Of a stretch of 64,000 bases of DNA, positions 47,657 through 57,646 are shown in pieces. The position numbers were made by a program, and so were the translations under genes. Source of the stretch: Candidatus Nanohalarchaeota archaeon. Its GTDB lineage: Archaea > Nanohalarchaeota > Nanosalinia > Nanosalinales > Nanosalinaceae. Positions within the stretch are counted from its first letter, which is position 1. Each line of letters begins with the position of its first letter. The notes under the pieces are model-generated. The model was not told where the DNA came from. It saw nothing but the letters and a program-made list of their open reading frames with translations, and ran no database searches. Location of the stretch: the NCBI GenBank assembly GCA_022729235.1, contig JALDAJ010000001.1:512001-576000 (forward strand). The letters are read 5' to 3'.

Positions 47657-50190
47657 TAAGCGTCTAGCTCGATGCTTCTGACCTTCGATACGCCGTCGCG
47701 CATTGATACCCCGTAGGCGCGTTCGGCGTGCCTGACTGTTATGTCGTTGTGGCTGATTACGATGAACTGGTTGTCGTCCGCGTAGTCCTTGAGTAGTTCG
47801 GAAAGTTTTTTGGAGTTGGTCTTGTCCAGCGCCGCATCTATCTCGTCCATGAGGTAGAACGGACTTTCTTCGTACTCCAGAATCGCGAAGACGAAGGCGA
47901 TGGCAGTAAGTGTTTTCTCTCCCCCTGACAGCGCCTGGATGATATGCGGTTCTTTCCCGGGAGGTTGCGCCCTGATCTTCAAGCCTTGCTCGATATCGCC
48001 GCCCTCAAGTACCAGTTCGCCGTTTCCGCCTCCGAATAATCGCTCGAAGATGTCGGTGAACGAGTTCTGTATCTCTTCTAGTGTGTCCATGAAGCAGTCC
48101 TGCTTTTCTTTTTCTATATCCTCTATCATGTCCTCTATCTCCAGCTTCTCCTGCCGTATCTCCGAGACTTTTTCCTTGAACTCCTCGTAGTCTTCCTTCT
48201 TCTCCTTGTATTCTTCTATGGCGCGCATGTTAACCGGTTGAAGGTCGTTCATCTTTCTAACAACCTTCCGCTTCTTTTTCTTCAAATCTTCGGGAGCGGA
48301 GTCGAGACCGGTCATCTCGTCCTCGTCGTAGTCGTATTCTTCCATTTCTTCCTTCACGTTGTCAAGCTCTGCCTTCATGTTCGCCTTTTTCGAGCCGGTA
48401 CCCTCTATCTTGGTCTTCAGTTTTTCTTTCTCGCTGTACTTCTCCTGCCGTTCCTCCCTCAGTTCTGAGAGGTCTTCCCGCAGCTGTTTTTTCTCGTTCT
48501 TCAGTTCTTCGTCGGTGGTCTGGTCCTCTTCTTTCCTTTCCTTCATCCTCTTCAGTTCGGCGATATCCTTCTGCAAGTCCTCTATCCCGTCTTCCAGGTC
48601 TTCTATCTCCTGTTTTTTCTTCTTCGGGTCGAGGTTAGAGGATAGCGATTTCTTCTTTCCACGTTTCCTTTTCTTCTTACCGCCTGTCATCGCCCCGCCC
48701 CGGGACATGATATCGCCGTCTAGTGTCACGACTCTCACACCGTTTATGTCCTTGACCGAGTCCAGGTCTTCCGCGATAAGGGTGTCGGAGAAGACGTAGT
48801 TGATTACTTTCTCGTATTCCGGGTCGTAATTAACGAGTTCGGCGGCGTAGTCTATGACACCTTTTCTTTTCTTCGCCATCTTCGACTTCGCGGACCGGGA
48901 TTTCTCCTTGAGCTTGTCAAGAGGTAGCATTGTCGCGCGCCCGATGTTCTCCCGTTTCAGGTAGTTGATAGCGTCCGTCGCCGCCTCCTTGTTCTCCACC
49001 ACTACGTTGTTCATGCGTCCGCCCGCGGCGGTGTCGATGGCGACCGCGAAACGGTTTTCCGCGGATATCAGGTCTTCGAATGTGCCGTGAATACGGTCGT
49101 CGTCAAGGTTGAGCACCGCGTTAACTGCTTTTGAGCCCCGTGACTTCCGGGACTGCATCTTCTCCAGTTCTTCGATAGTCTCCTCCAGGTCCTCTATCTT
49201 GTCCCTCTTGTTCTCTATCTGTCCTTTCTTCTTCTCTATCTTGTTCTCCAGGTGCTCGATGTCGGTATCTCCGCCCTGTTGTTCCTCGATTTCTTCTATC
49301 CTGTCCTGTTTCTCGTCGATTTCCGAGTCTATCTCCTCCAGCTCGTCTTCAAGCTCTTCTATCCGGTCCTGTTTCTCCGCGGTCTCGGTGTTGATGTTTG
49401 CTAACTGGTTTGACAGTGCGCGCTTCCTGACTTCGAGCACTGATGCCTCGAGCTTTTCCTTCCGCTCCTCCAGTTTCCTGTACTTCAGCGCGAGCTCTTT
49501 CTCTTCTTTCAGTTTCTTCAGGTATTCTTTTTTCTCGTTCAGTAGTATCTCCTGTTCCTGTAAACGCCGTTCAACCTCTTCCAGTTCTTCCTCTGCCTCC
49601 TCTTTCTTCTCGTCGAACTCCGCGACCCCGGAAAGCTCATCGATGACTCTCCGTCTTTCTAGATCACTCTGCTCCACTATCTCCGTGACCTTGCCCTGCC
49701 TTACGAAGTGGTAGCCGTCGGGGTCGATGTTTGCCTTCCTCGATATCTGGTCGATTTTCCTCTTTTTGCAGTTAGAGCCCTGGAACTTGTAAATCGAGCT
49801 CCCTGCCTGCGTCACCTTTCTCGCGACCTTGATCTCGTCAGCTTCCTCGTCTTCTTCCAGGAACTCGTCAAAAAGTCCGGAAGAGTTGTCTAGCGTGATG
49901 GTGACCTTTGCATAATCCGCGGGCTTGCCGTCCTCGCCACCGTTATATATCAGCTGTGTGAGTTTCTCCGCTCTCAGCTGTGAGGAGCGTTTTCCGAATA
50001 CGAAGCTTGTGGCGTCGATTATGTTGGACTTACCAGAGCCATTCTCGCCTATTATAGCAGTCATACCCTGGTAGAACGGTACCGCGGTCTTTCTCTGGAA
50101 TGACTTGAAACCCTTACAAGTTACCTTGTTGATCTGTGTATCGATTGTTCCCTTCTTCTCCTGTTCCTGGACCGTCTCTGCTTCTGCCAT
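47656..50190 (-). CDS. smc: Chromosome segregation protein SMC (short, 844 aa)
   Basis: GFKSF, GENGSGKSN, hinge GRATMLPL...VTLDGD...GAMTGG, PVNMRA, LSGGEK, MDEIDAALD, ISH. Confidence 0.95.
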   Translation of the reverse strand: MAEAETVQEQEKKGTIDTQINKVTCKGFKSFQRKTAVPFYQGMTAIIGENGSGKSNIIDATSFVFGKRSSQLRAEKLTQLIYNGGEDGKPADYAKVTITLDNSSGLFDEFLEEDEEADEIKVARKVTQAGSSIYKFQGSNCKKRKIDQISRKANIDPDGYHFVRQGKVTEIVEQSDLERRRVIDELSGVAEFDEKKEEAEEELEEVERRLQEQEILLNEKKEYLKKLKEEKELALKYRKLEERKEKLEASVLEVRKRALSNQLANINTETAEKQDRIEELEDELEEIDSEIDEKQDRIEEIEEQQGGDTDIEHLENKIEKKKGQIENKRDKIEDLEETIEELEKMQSRKSRGSKAVNAVLNLDDDRIHGTFEDLISAENRFAVAIDTAAGGRMNNVVVENKEAATDAINYLKRENIGRATMLPLDKLKEKSRSAKSKMAKKRKGVIDYAAELVNYDPEYEKVINYVFSDTLIAEDLDSVKDINGVRVVTLDGDIMSRGGAMTGGKKKRKRGKKKSLSSNLDPKKKKQEIEDLEDGIEDLQKDIAELKRMKERKEEDQTTDEELKNEKKQLREDLSELREERQEKYSEKEKLKTKIEGTGSKKANMKAELDNVKEEMEEYDYDEDEMTGLDSAPEDLKKKKRKVVRKMNDLQPVNMRAIEEYKEKKEDYEEFKEKVSEIRQEKLEIEDMIEDIEKEKQDCFMDTLEEIQNSFTDIFERLFGGGNGELVLEGGDIEQGLKIRAQPPGKEPHIIQALSGGEKTLTAIAFVFAILEYEESPFYLMDEIDAALDKTNSKKLSELLKDYADDNQFIVISHNDITVRHAERAYGVSMRDGVSKVRSIELDA

Positions 50191-50291
50191 CGTGCAAAGA
50201 TTTTATCGGACTAGAATAAAAAAGACCGGTAAATAGGATTTTGTAATACAAATTAGGCGTAAATAGGGATTTTACCTGTTTTTGTATTACA

Positions 50292-50594
50292 TTATTCTGC
50301 TAGTTCGTATCTCTCGTCTGTTACTACTATTTCATCTCCAGGCTCCGCTCCTTCAAGTGAAGGGATTAACGGCTCGCCTTCAGCGAAGCAGCTTTCTGGT
50401 ATAGTTAAAGTCTCTCCTGTTTCTGAAAACTGTACTGCCGAATTTATGCCTTGCTCACATGACTCTATTTGGCTCTGCGTGGCCATTTCTTCTAAATTAC
50501 TTTGAGTAGAGCCCATGAAGAAAATATTGGCTGCTATAAATCCGCCGACCAGTACTATACCAGCTACAAATAAACCGATAATTAACCTTGACAT
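50292..50594 (-). CDS. Small N-terminally anchored protein
   Basis: One TM helix followed by an acidic domain with two Cys. Confidence 0.6.
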   Translation of the reverse strand: MSRLIIGLFVAGIVLVGGFIAANIFFMGSTQSNLEEMATQSQIESCEQGINSAVQFSETGETLTIPESCFAEGEPLIPSLEGAEPGDEIVVTDERYELAE

Positions 50595-50637
50595 GTAATC
50601 AAACATTCTTATCCTGGTTTAAGTACTCTGGCATTGA

Positions 50638-50946
50638 TTATTCGATTTTCCCGACCTCCTCCTTTCTCAGCACGTACCTGACGAACACGAATATCAGCAG
50701 GGCGATTATCAGGAAGTCGATTAATGTGGCGAGGAAGCTTCCGACCCGGAGCTCAATGTTCATGACTGCGAAGGTCCACGCCTCCCACTCCTCTCCCGGT
50801 AGGAACACCTCTATAACAGGCATGATGATGTCGTCCACAGTCGAGCTGACCAAGTCCTGTACCGCGACGCCTATGATAAACGCTATCGCGAGCCCGAGGA
50901 CGCCGTACTCTTCAAGAAACTCCGTGAACTCTTCTACTATTCCCAT
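50638..50946 (-). CDS. mscL: Large-conductance mechanosensitive channel
   Basis: EF.EFL..YGVLGLAIAFIIG, DDIIMP, GSFL..LIDFLIIA. Confidence 0.9.
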   Translation of the reverse strand: MGIVEEFTEFLEEYGVLGLAIAFIIGVAVQDLVSSTVDDIIMPVIEVFLPGEEWEAWTFAVMNIELRVGSFLATLIDFLIIALLIFVFVRYVLRKEEVGKIE

Positions 50947-50978
50947 GCTAGGGGGTGCCGGGAGCGGTTGAAAACTAT

Positions 50979-52289
50979 TTATGGCGTCAACCGGTCAGGT
51001 GTTCTCGGGAACAGGATGGACTCCTGCACGTTGTCGAGTTCCGCGACCTGTTTTACCAGGCGGTCGATTCCGAGTCCATAGCCCCCGTGCGGCGGCATAC
51101 CGAACTTGAACGCCTCCAGGTAGAACGTGAAGTTCTCCGGGTCGACGTTCTGTTTCTCCATGTACTCCATCAGCGTGTCAAAGTCGTGCTGTCTCTGTCC
51201 GCCAGAGGAGAGTTCGAGACCCTTGTATATCAGGTCGAATTTCCGTGACGCGATTTCATCGCCTTCCACGTCCTGCATGTAGTAGAACTTCTCTCCGGGA
51301 TAGCCCACGACGAAGAACGCAGGGTGTCCTTTCTCCTCGAAGTAATCACCGAGCAGTTTCTCGCCTTTCGTGTCGAGGTCGCCCTCGTCGTCCGGTACGT
51401 GGTCGAACTCTTCTTCCAGTATTTCCCGTGCCTCTTCAAACGTGATACGCGGGAAGTCCTCCTCAGGTACTTCCAGCTCCACTCCGAGAATGTCAAGGTC
51501 GTCAGCGGCGCGTTTCTTGAGTTCTTTCAGCGTGTATTTCAAAGACTGTTCTTGGACGTCCATGACGTCGTCGTGATCTTCTATGAAGGCGAATTCGACG
51601 TCGAACATCGAAATTTCTGATACGTGCCTGGATGTCGCAAAGTCTTCCGCCCTGAACGCCGTACCGGTCTCGTACACGCGGTCGAAACCTGCTGCCATCA
51701 GCATCTGCTTGTAGAGCTGTGGTGACTGTGATAGAAACGCTTCATCACCGTAGTATACTACCGGGAAGAGTTCTGCTCCTCCTTCTGCCCCGCCTTTAGA
51801 TATGAGAGGTGTCTGGATGCGGATGAATTTGTTCTGGTCAAACCACTCCTCCATTGCTTCGACTAAGTGGGATTTGAGGGAGAAAACAGCATGTATCTCC
51901 GGTCTTCTGAGATCCATGAAACGGTTGTCCAGTCTTGTCGCGAGGTCAGAGTCTATATCCTTGGAGACCTCCATGGGAAGCGGCGACTCCGCCTCTCCTA
52001 TTATCTCGAGTTCTTCAGGCTTTAATTCCCTGTCGCCGGGCGCCTGCTGGTTCTCTTCTATTACATCTCTAACATAGATAACGTCCTCTCTGCCGATTTC
52101 CTGCGCTTTCTCGAACAGTTCCTCGTCATCGTCTTCTTTGAAGGTTGCCTGGATGGTTCCTTCACGGTCGCGCAGGATAATGAATGTGAGTCCGCCAAGA
52201 TCTCTTATCTCGTGAGCCCACCCTGCTACTGATACTTTTTCACCGTCCATGTCAGGTGTTATGTTGTGTGTGTATGTTCTTTCTGTCAT
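50979..52289 (-). CDS. aspS: Aspartyl-tRNA synthetase, probably non-discriminating
   Basis: [25 protein letters not shown]; GWAHEIRD and APG in the anticodon domain match the archaeal non-discriminating type. Confidence 0.95.
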   Translation of the reverse strand: MTERTYTHNITPDMDGEKVSVAGWAHEIRDLGGLTFIILRDREGTIQATFKEDDDEELFEKAQEIGREDVIYVRDVIEENQQAPGDRELKPEELEIIGEAESPLPMEVSKDIDSDLATRLDNRFMDLRRPEIHAVFSLKSHLVEAMEEWFDQNKFIRIQTPLISKGGAEGGAELFPVVYYGDEAFLSQSPQLYKQMLMAAGFDRVYETGTAFRAEDFATSRHVSEISMFDVEFAFIEDHDDVMDVQEQSLKYTLKELKKRAADDLDILGVELEVPEEDFPRITFEEAREILEEEFDHVPDDEGDLDTKGEKLLGDYFEEKGHPAFFVVGYPGEKFYYMQDVEGDEIASRKFDLIYKGLELSSGGQRQHDFDTLMEYMEKQNVDPENFTFYLEAFKFGMPPHGGYGLGIDRLVKQVAELDNVQESILFPRTPDRLTP

Positions 52290-52380
52290 TAAACGCCACA
52301 ATCAACTGCTGTTCAATCAATTTTTTAACAGCTTCGAGATGTGAGATGAATTTTTCAACAACGACTTCTAACTAACGGAT

Positions 52381-52896
52381 ATGGTTCTCAACCGTCAACA
52401 GGTAGAGGAAAAGATAGAAGAGGAAAACCTGGTCGAAGACTACCCGCACCTCGAGACCCAGATAACCCAGAACGGGTTTGACCTGACCGCAGGCGAGATA
52501 CACAGGTTCAAAGGTCCCGGGAAGCTCGACTTCTCAAATTCTGAACGAAAGCTCCCGGAAACTGAGGCTGTGGTGCCGGAGAAAAAGGATGAAAGTGATG
52601 ACTACGGCTGGTGGGTGCTGGAGCCTGGTGTATACAAAGTAGTTGCGAACGAGAAAGTTAACCTGCCCAACGACATGATGGCGTTCACTTTTCCACGCTC
52701 CTCACTGCTACGGATGGGTGTCTTCATCCAGAACGCGGCATGGGAGGCAGGCTTCTCTGGTACTGGAGAGTTTCTTCTGCAGGTGAACAACCCGGAGGGT
52801 GTTGAAATCAAGGAGAACGCGCGCGTCAACCAGATAGTGTTCCAGGAGATGGACGAGGTCGACGAGGGTTACGACGGCAGGTATCATGAGGCATAA
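52381..52896 (+). CDS. Trimeric dUTPase / dCTP deaminase family protein
   Basis: NGFDLT, PRSSLLRMG, WEAGFSG, QIVF, YDGRY. Confidence 0.88.
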   Translation: MVLNRQQVEEKIEEENLVEDYPHLETQITQNGFDLTAGEIHRFKGPGKLDFSNSERKLPETEAVVPEKKDESDDYGWWVLEPGVYKVVANEKVNLPNDMMAFTFPRSSLLRMGVFIQNAAWEAGFSGTGEFLLQVNNPEGVEIKENARVNQIVFQEMDEVDEGYDGRYHEA

Positions 52897-53024
52897 AAAG
52901 CTCTTCTGGCTGCTTATGTCTAGATGATGAGGAACTATTTCTGATTCCCGATAAAAAGGGAGATGATGAGAACGAACACCTCTGAGTCACTTTTAATAAC
53001 AGGCGAGCGAAATCCATTCTTACA

Positions 53025-53405
53025 ATGGCTCCGGAAGAGGACCAGTTATATGTCCGTGTAGACGGGTACAAAATTCTCCTGCAGGATTTGGAGGCGGTGA
53101 GACAGATAGTGCAGAATATCAACGAGTCCGCCGAAGTCCTGAGACAGGTCCGCGATGTCAAGGAGAAGACTATCGACACTATATACGAGAACCTGGACAG
53201 GATGAACGAGAAACTGGAGGACGTCCACATGGAGATGCCGGAGGTCGACGCCGCGGCGGGAGCAGGAAACCTGGAAATACAGCCCTCAGTTGAAATCGAC
53301 ACTGAGGAACGTGAAGAAAGAAACGAAATCGATGAATCCGTTGAGGAACTGCACGGCGAGCTGGAGAACCTCCAGGACGAGCTGAGTAATCTCGGCGGAG
53401 AATAG
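53025..53405 (+). CDS. Hypothetical coiled-coil protein
   Basis: LYVRVDGYK N-terminus and heptad repeats. Confidence 0.7.
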   Translation: MAPEEDQLYVRVDGYKILLQDLEAVRQIVQNINESAEVLRQVRDVKEKTIDTIYENLDRMNEKLEDVHMEMPEVDAAAGAGNLEIQPSVEIDTEEREERNEIDESVEELHGELENLQDELSNLGGE

Positions 53406-53464
53406 ACTTTTTTGTAAAGTCGCTGGCAGTATTTTTAAACGGGCTTCTCTAATTTTGAGGTACG

Positions 53465-53866
53465 ATGTTACTTGGACCGGAGTTTGCAGATTTAGGTCTT
53501 GCTGTTTTCAGGGTTATCGTCGGAGCTGTATTCGTTTCTCATGCTCTACCGAAGCTCAAGGATCCTGAAGGGACGCGCGAGTTCTTCGCGTCTGTCGGTC
53601 TACCGGACTCTATGTACCTGGTCTACCTCGCTCTAGGAATAGAGATTATCGCGGGAACGCTCCTCGCTATCGGTCTTTTCACGCAGATGGCTGCGCTGAC
53701 GCTTGTGGCGTTTATGGGCGTTGCGAGTTACGTCGCGATTGAGAAGATGGGCAAGGAATTCGAGGGCGGATACGAGGTTGACTTACTGCTTCTAGGAGCA
53801 ACGTTCATGTACTACCTTAACGGTCCTGGAAAGTATGCTCTGGACGCTATAGTCAGGCATGGCTGA
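53465..53866 (+). CDS. DoxX family membrane protein
   Basis: RVIVG..F..H...K, EIIAG.LL.IGL.T, GGYE, GPGKYALD. Confidence 0.88.
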   Translation: MLLGPEFADLGLAVFRVIVGAVFVSHALPKLKDPEGTREFFASVGLPDSMYLVYLALGIEIIAGTLLAIGLFTQMAALTLVAFMGVASYVAIEKMGKEFEGGYEVDLLLLGATFMYYLNGPGKYALDAIVRHG

Positions 53867-53950
53867 CTTTTATACCTGTGAAAACGGCTGTTAGAGTTTA
53901 CTGTAGAGCATAAGTGGTTAGAGTTCCGGGAAAGTATTCTTCGAGAATTA

Positions 53951-54505
53951 TTACTCTAGAAGCTCTGTCTTCCTGACTTCCAGCTCTCTGAATGGGTAAA
54001 TCTTGTTCGCCCTGTCTCTTATCTCTTCCTGCAGTTCATCGGTGAAGATTGACTCCATAAACTTGTCGTAGTCTGCGCTCTCCGCACCCTCGTCTATCGC
54101 ATCGTTGATTTCCTGTCTCGCTGCCTGGAGAGTATTGCTGGAAGTGTTGTTGACTGTTGCACCTACTACTTTGACCCGGACCTTTCTGTCGTCCTTTGTA
54201 GTAGTGTCGTGTACGAGATCCATTCGGTCTGATCTCTTGCGGACCATTCTGGAGACGAACTCTTTCGAGCATTCCATACCTGCTATTTCGGTGAAAGCCT
54301 TGTTGCCCTCGACATCCGTAACTTTCAGGGATACGTCAACGTAGTACTTGCTAGCTCCGTCCATAAGGTCGGTCAGGTCTTCGCTGACAGTTCTTCCGAT
54401 TACCTGTGATTCTTTCTCTGCAGGCGTCTCCCCGACCTCTTCAACATCGAAGATGTCAGGTACCTGGAGCTCGTACCAGTTTTTCTGTATAACAGCCTTT
54501 GCCAT
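53951..54505 (-). CDS. rps3ae: 30S ribosomal protein eS1 (S3Ae)
   Basis: K.WY...P..F, GETPA, IGRTV, MVRKRSDR, KIYPFR.LEVRK. Confidence 0.93.
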   Translation of the reverse strand: MAKAVIQKNWYELQVPDIFDVEEVGETPAEKESQVIGRTVSEDLTDLMDGASKYYVDVSLKVTDVEGNKAFTEIAGMECSKEFVSRMVRKRSDRMDLVHDTTTKDDRKVRVKVVGATVNNTSSNTLQAARQEINDAIDEGAESADYDKFMESIFTDELQEEIRDRANKIYPFRELEVRKTELLE

Positions 54506-54604
54506 GGTTTCTCTCACGGGTCAAAACTTTATAAACAGTATGATACTTGAGAGGTGTTTTTACCAGAGAATGTTTTTATAACTTTTGTCACTCATTGGTC
54601 GCAT

Positions 54605-55555
54605 ATGAATGAGTCGGAGGCGGAAGCTGTTGAAAAACAGCTTGAAGTCGAGCGCGTAGTTAGTATGGGTACACCTGCGGAAGTTATAAGCGAGGGAGCA
54701 TCGCTAAAGCCGGGTGACAGTGTTCCGCAGGATAGAATTGGCATCGAACCGCCTGCTGAGACCCTGAGATCTCTTAATAAGGCTCAAGATAATTATGAGG
54801 AATATGCGAAATGGCTTGGTGAAGATTCGTATAGTATAGGGGGTGTTTCCGGTGCAGTTAATTTCTTGGCAGGATCTTCTATCGCAGTTTTAGCTGTGAG
54901 CCCGTCTATGGGGGCGGTATACGGGGGAGCGTCGCTGTTAACATTTACGACCTCCGCTGCCATAGCCGATCGTAGACTGGGGGCTCATGGGGAAGAGATT
55001 GAACTGGCTGAGAGGAAGCTTCACGCTGACACGGGAGTTGAGGGCAGAGATATAACCAGTACCGGCTTTCCGGAATATGTTGAGCTGCCGGGGGGTATAG
55101 ACGAACTATGCGCTGATTTAGAGCAGTCAACGGTCAGCCCTGTCAGCGCTATACTATATGAAGAAGGAGGCTTTGCTGTAACCCATCACGGTTCGGCGAG
55201 TTCTAAAGGTTCTAGCGGTTACGAAGTTGAGGATGCCAGGACTGCGGCTAAGCTGTTTGAGGATTCTTTAAGATACCTAGAATATGATATAGAAGGGCTT
55301 GAAGGATACGAGGAAGGTGTTTTAGTAAGCGCTGTATTTATGGAGGATGAACCGATAGAATATAGGGGCAGAGAGTTTCCTTCACAGTTTTCCGTTACAG
55401 ATATTTCAGGAGATAAGCCGAGAGAGGTTTTCACTCTGTACTCTGAAGCTGATAGAGGTCAAGCTTCAAGATTTCTTAAAGGTCTAGATAGCGCTCCAGA
55501 GCTGACGTCCCACGATGTGGAGAATAAGGTACCCGAGGGTTACGGCTGGTTATAG
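54605..55555 (+). CDS. Hypothetical protein with two central hydrophobic helices
   Basis: Long acidic ORF on the opposite strand to its neighbours; likely start MNESEA. Confidence 0.7.
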   Translation: MNESEAEAVEKQLEVERVVSMGTPAEVISEGASLKPGDSVPQDRIGIEPPAETLRSLNKAQDNYEEYAKWLGEDSYSIGGVSGAVNFLAGSSIAVLAVSPSMGAVYGGASLLTFTTSAAIADRRLGAHGEEIELAERKLHADTGVEGRDITSTGFPEYVELPGGIDELCADLEQSTVSPVSAILYEEGGFAVTHHGSASSKGSSGYEVEDARTAAKLFEDSLRYLEYDIEGLEGYEEGVLVSAVFMEDEPIEYRGREFPSQFSVTDISGDKPREVFTLYSEADRGQASRFLKGLDSAPELTSHDVENKVPEGYGWL

Positions 55556-55569
55556 ACCCGATACTTGCT

Positions 55570-56946
55570 TTACTTTCTGTCTTGAACTTTTCTCGTTATT
55601 TCGTCTAGAAACTCTTCTTTCTCTTCTTGAGGTATCTTGGCGCCTGCTGCGACGTTGTGGCCGCCTCCTTCTCCACCGATTTCCTCGCATATTTCTTCTA
55701 TTATCTCCCCGAGGTTGAGACCGGCTTCTACTGCTTCTTTCGTGGCGCGTGAGGATACTTTCAGCTTGTCTTTCTCCGCCTCCGCGATACCCATGACCAC
55801 TGGAACGTCCGAGAAGATGCCGTTACTCATGGCTATCGTGGTTACTGTTCCTATGAATTCTTCGTCAATCTTGCTGCCGGCATCTATGAGTCCTATGGTG
55901 TCGTCTTCTCTAATAACGTCGGTGCTGTCTTTATTCTCCTCTACGACTCTAAGAGCGGCAGATATCTTTCTACCGTAGCGTCTGGACATCTTCTCCGCGA
56001 GTTCGAGGTCGTTTTCCAGAAGTATCTTGATACCTTTTCCTGCCTCTCCCATTCTTCCGCAGGCATTGATTATGGTGGAGAACTCGTCTATGCCATGCCC
56101 GTTTTCGAGTATGTAGACGTTTTGGAGCAGGTTTTCGGCGTCATATCCGTGTTTGATGAGACCGTGTATCAGTTTCTTCTCTTCCTCCTCTGTAAGGTCT
56201 TCAAGCGTCTTGAAGTCGCCGTTGTCCCTGATATCGAGGTCCAGGGATTTGAGGAACTGTATAGCACCGCTCTCGTTGTTGGTTATGCCGTCGAGATACG
56301 GATCAGATGTGTACATCAGCGACTTGTGGAGTGGCTTGGTCGAGCGCCCGTACAGGTCGAGTCCTTTCCTCTTCGTTATCAGGTCGCGCTCCTCGGCCCT
56401 TTCCAGCAAGTCCTTGTTCAGTCCCAGAAATTCGCCGTCCTGTTTCTGGACGTCGCCCGTTGCGCCGATGAGGGCGTACGTGACGAGGTCGTAGTTGTCC
56501 TCGTCCACTGCTTCCGCCAGAAGGTAGGTCATGCCCGCGGCGCTTATAGCCTCCCCGCCGTCGTGCCCGAGAAAGTGCGGGTTGAGGTGGATGATATTTT
56601 CGTCGTCAGTTCTCTCTGCCTGGGGTGAGTGGTGGTCTGATATTATTACTTCCTTGTCCGTTTTTTCAAGTATCAGCTCGTGTATGGCGCCTGACTTACC
56701 AGAGCCGATGTCCACGAATAACAGGAGCTCCTCGTCCTCCTCCGCGATTCTTTCCACGTCTTCCTCGTAGAGCTGTTTCAGTATCTCGAACTCGAAGTCT
56801 TTATCCAGTCGGTTAAGGAGTTCGTGGGCGATAGAAGTCGCGCAGATGCCGTCTGCGTCGTACTGTCCGATCAGCCGGATTTTCCCGTCAAAGTTCCTGA
56901 TTTTCTCCGCTGCTACTTCTGCTTCTTCGAGAATATCTTCGACCAT
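55570..56946 (-). CDS. RecJ-like DHH phosphoesterase (GAN/Cdc45-related)
   Basis: YDADG, FVDIG, SDHH, GATGD, INACGR, GGGHNVAAGA; conserved position after rps15. Confidence 0.9.
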   Translation of the reverse strand: MVEDILEEAEVAAEKIRNFDGKIRLIGQYDADGICATSIAHELLNRLDKDFEFEILKQLYEEDVERIAEEDEELLLFVDIGSGKSGAIHELILEKTDKEVIISDHHSPQAERTDDENIIHLNPHFLGHDGGEAISAAGMTYLLAEAVDEDNYDLVTYALIGATGDVQKQDGEFLGLNKDLLERAEERDLITKRKGLDLYGRSTKPLHKSLMYTSDPYLDGITNNESGAIQFLKSLDLDIRDNGDFKTLEDLTEEEEKKLIHGLIKHGYDAENLLQNVYILENGHGIDEFSTIINACGRMGEAGKGIKILLENDLELAEKMSRRYGRKISAALRVVEENKDSTDVIREDDTIGLIDAGSKIDEEFIGTVTTIAMSNGIFSDVPVVMGIAEAEKDKLKVSSRATKEAVEAGLNLGEIIEEICEEIGGEGGGHNVAAGAKIPQEEKEEFLDEITRKVQDRK

Positions 56947-56978
56947 GTAACTACACTGCTGTCGAAGTTTATTTGAAC

Positions 56979-57413
56979 TTATTCTCTGACGTACTTCCAG
57001 TCCTCAGGGATGTTTCCTTCTCCGCGGTGATAGTCCGCGAGCCTCCTGATCTTGGCTTCCGTAAGTTCCAGCTGTCGCTCTGACTGCGTGTCGTTCTCGT
57101 TCTCCTCCATGTGTTCGCTGAGTGATTCTGCCTTTTCGACAAGGTTATGGAGGTCTTCAGGTATCTCGGGCGCTACTTCTTCTTCCTCGAGTATGTCGGT
57201 GATTTTTTTCCCGGTGATCTCTCTTACTGAGGGGATTCCGTACTCGTCCCTGAGATCCATGCCGATTTCTGAAGGAGCGAGCCCGTCTTCTCTAAGTTTG
57301 ACGACCAGGTCGATAACTTCCTGTTCATCGTAGTCAACCCAGCGCGGTACTTTCTTGGAAACAGGTTTATCCGAACCTGAGCTTCCTCTGTCGTCGGAGT
57401 GCATGCGTGCCAT
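56979..57413 (-). CDS. rps15: 30S ribosomal protein uS15
   Basis: MARMH...GSSGS.KP, LRDEYGIP, PEDL.NL, EAKIRRL..Y, W.Y. True start at 57413 with GGTGA Shine-Dalgarno. Confidence 0.95.
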   Translation of the reverse strand: MARMHSDDRGSSGSDKPVSKKVPRWVDYDEQEVIDLVVKLREDGLAPSEIGMDLRDEYGIPSVREITGKKITDILEEEEVAPEIPEDLHNLVEKAESLSEHMEENENDTQSERQLELTEAKIRRLADYHRGEGNIPEDWKYVRE

Positions 57414-57646
57414 CCGGTTCACCTGCTGGAGATGTATCTTGCTGTCATAAGAATGGTTTTGGTGTATCTTGCAAGTTCGCGGTATACTTCGATTCTCATT
57501 GTTTATCACGTTGCCGATCCGGTTAAGCCCTCGTATCCGGACTTCACCGGTCTACGACCACAATAGAAAGGAAATCTTTTAAAGGAATATCTGTGAGGCT
57601 CTGTTCTCCCCGTCGTTTAAAATTGATTCGCGCCGAATAATTGCCT

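Noticed and set aside
46819-49714. Long Ser/Phe-rich antisense ORFs (also 31982-32725, 33464-34027, 19080-19562 and others)
   Set aside because: They are shadows of Glu/Lys/Asp-rich sense genes and have no family motifs.
46247-50190. Wadjet/MksBEFG defence system
   Set aside because: The SMC has a canonical hinge with canonical ScpA/ScpB, and no JetD/Toprim nuclease is adjacent.
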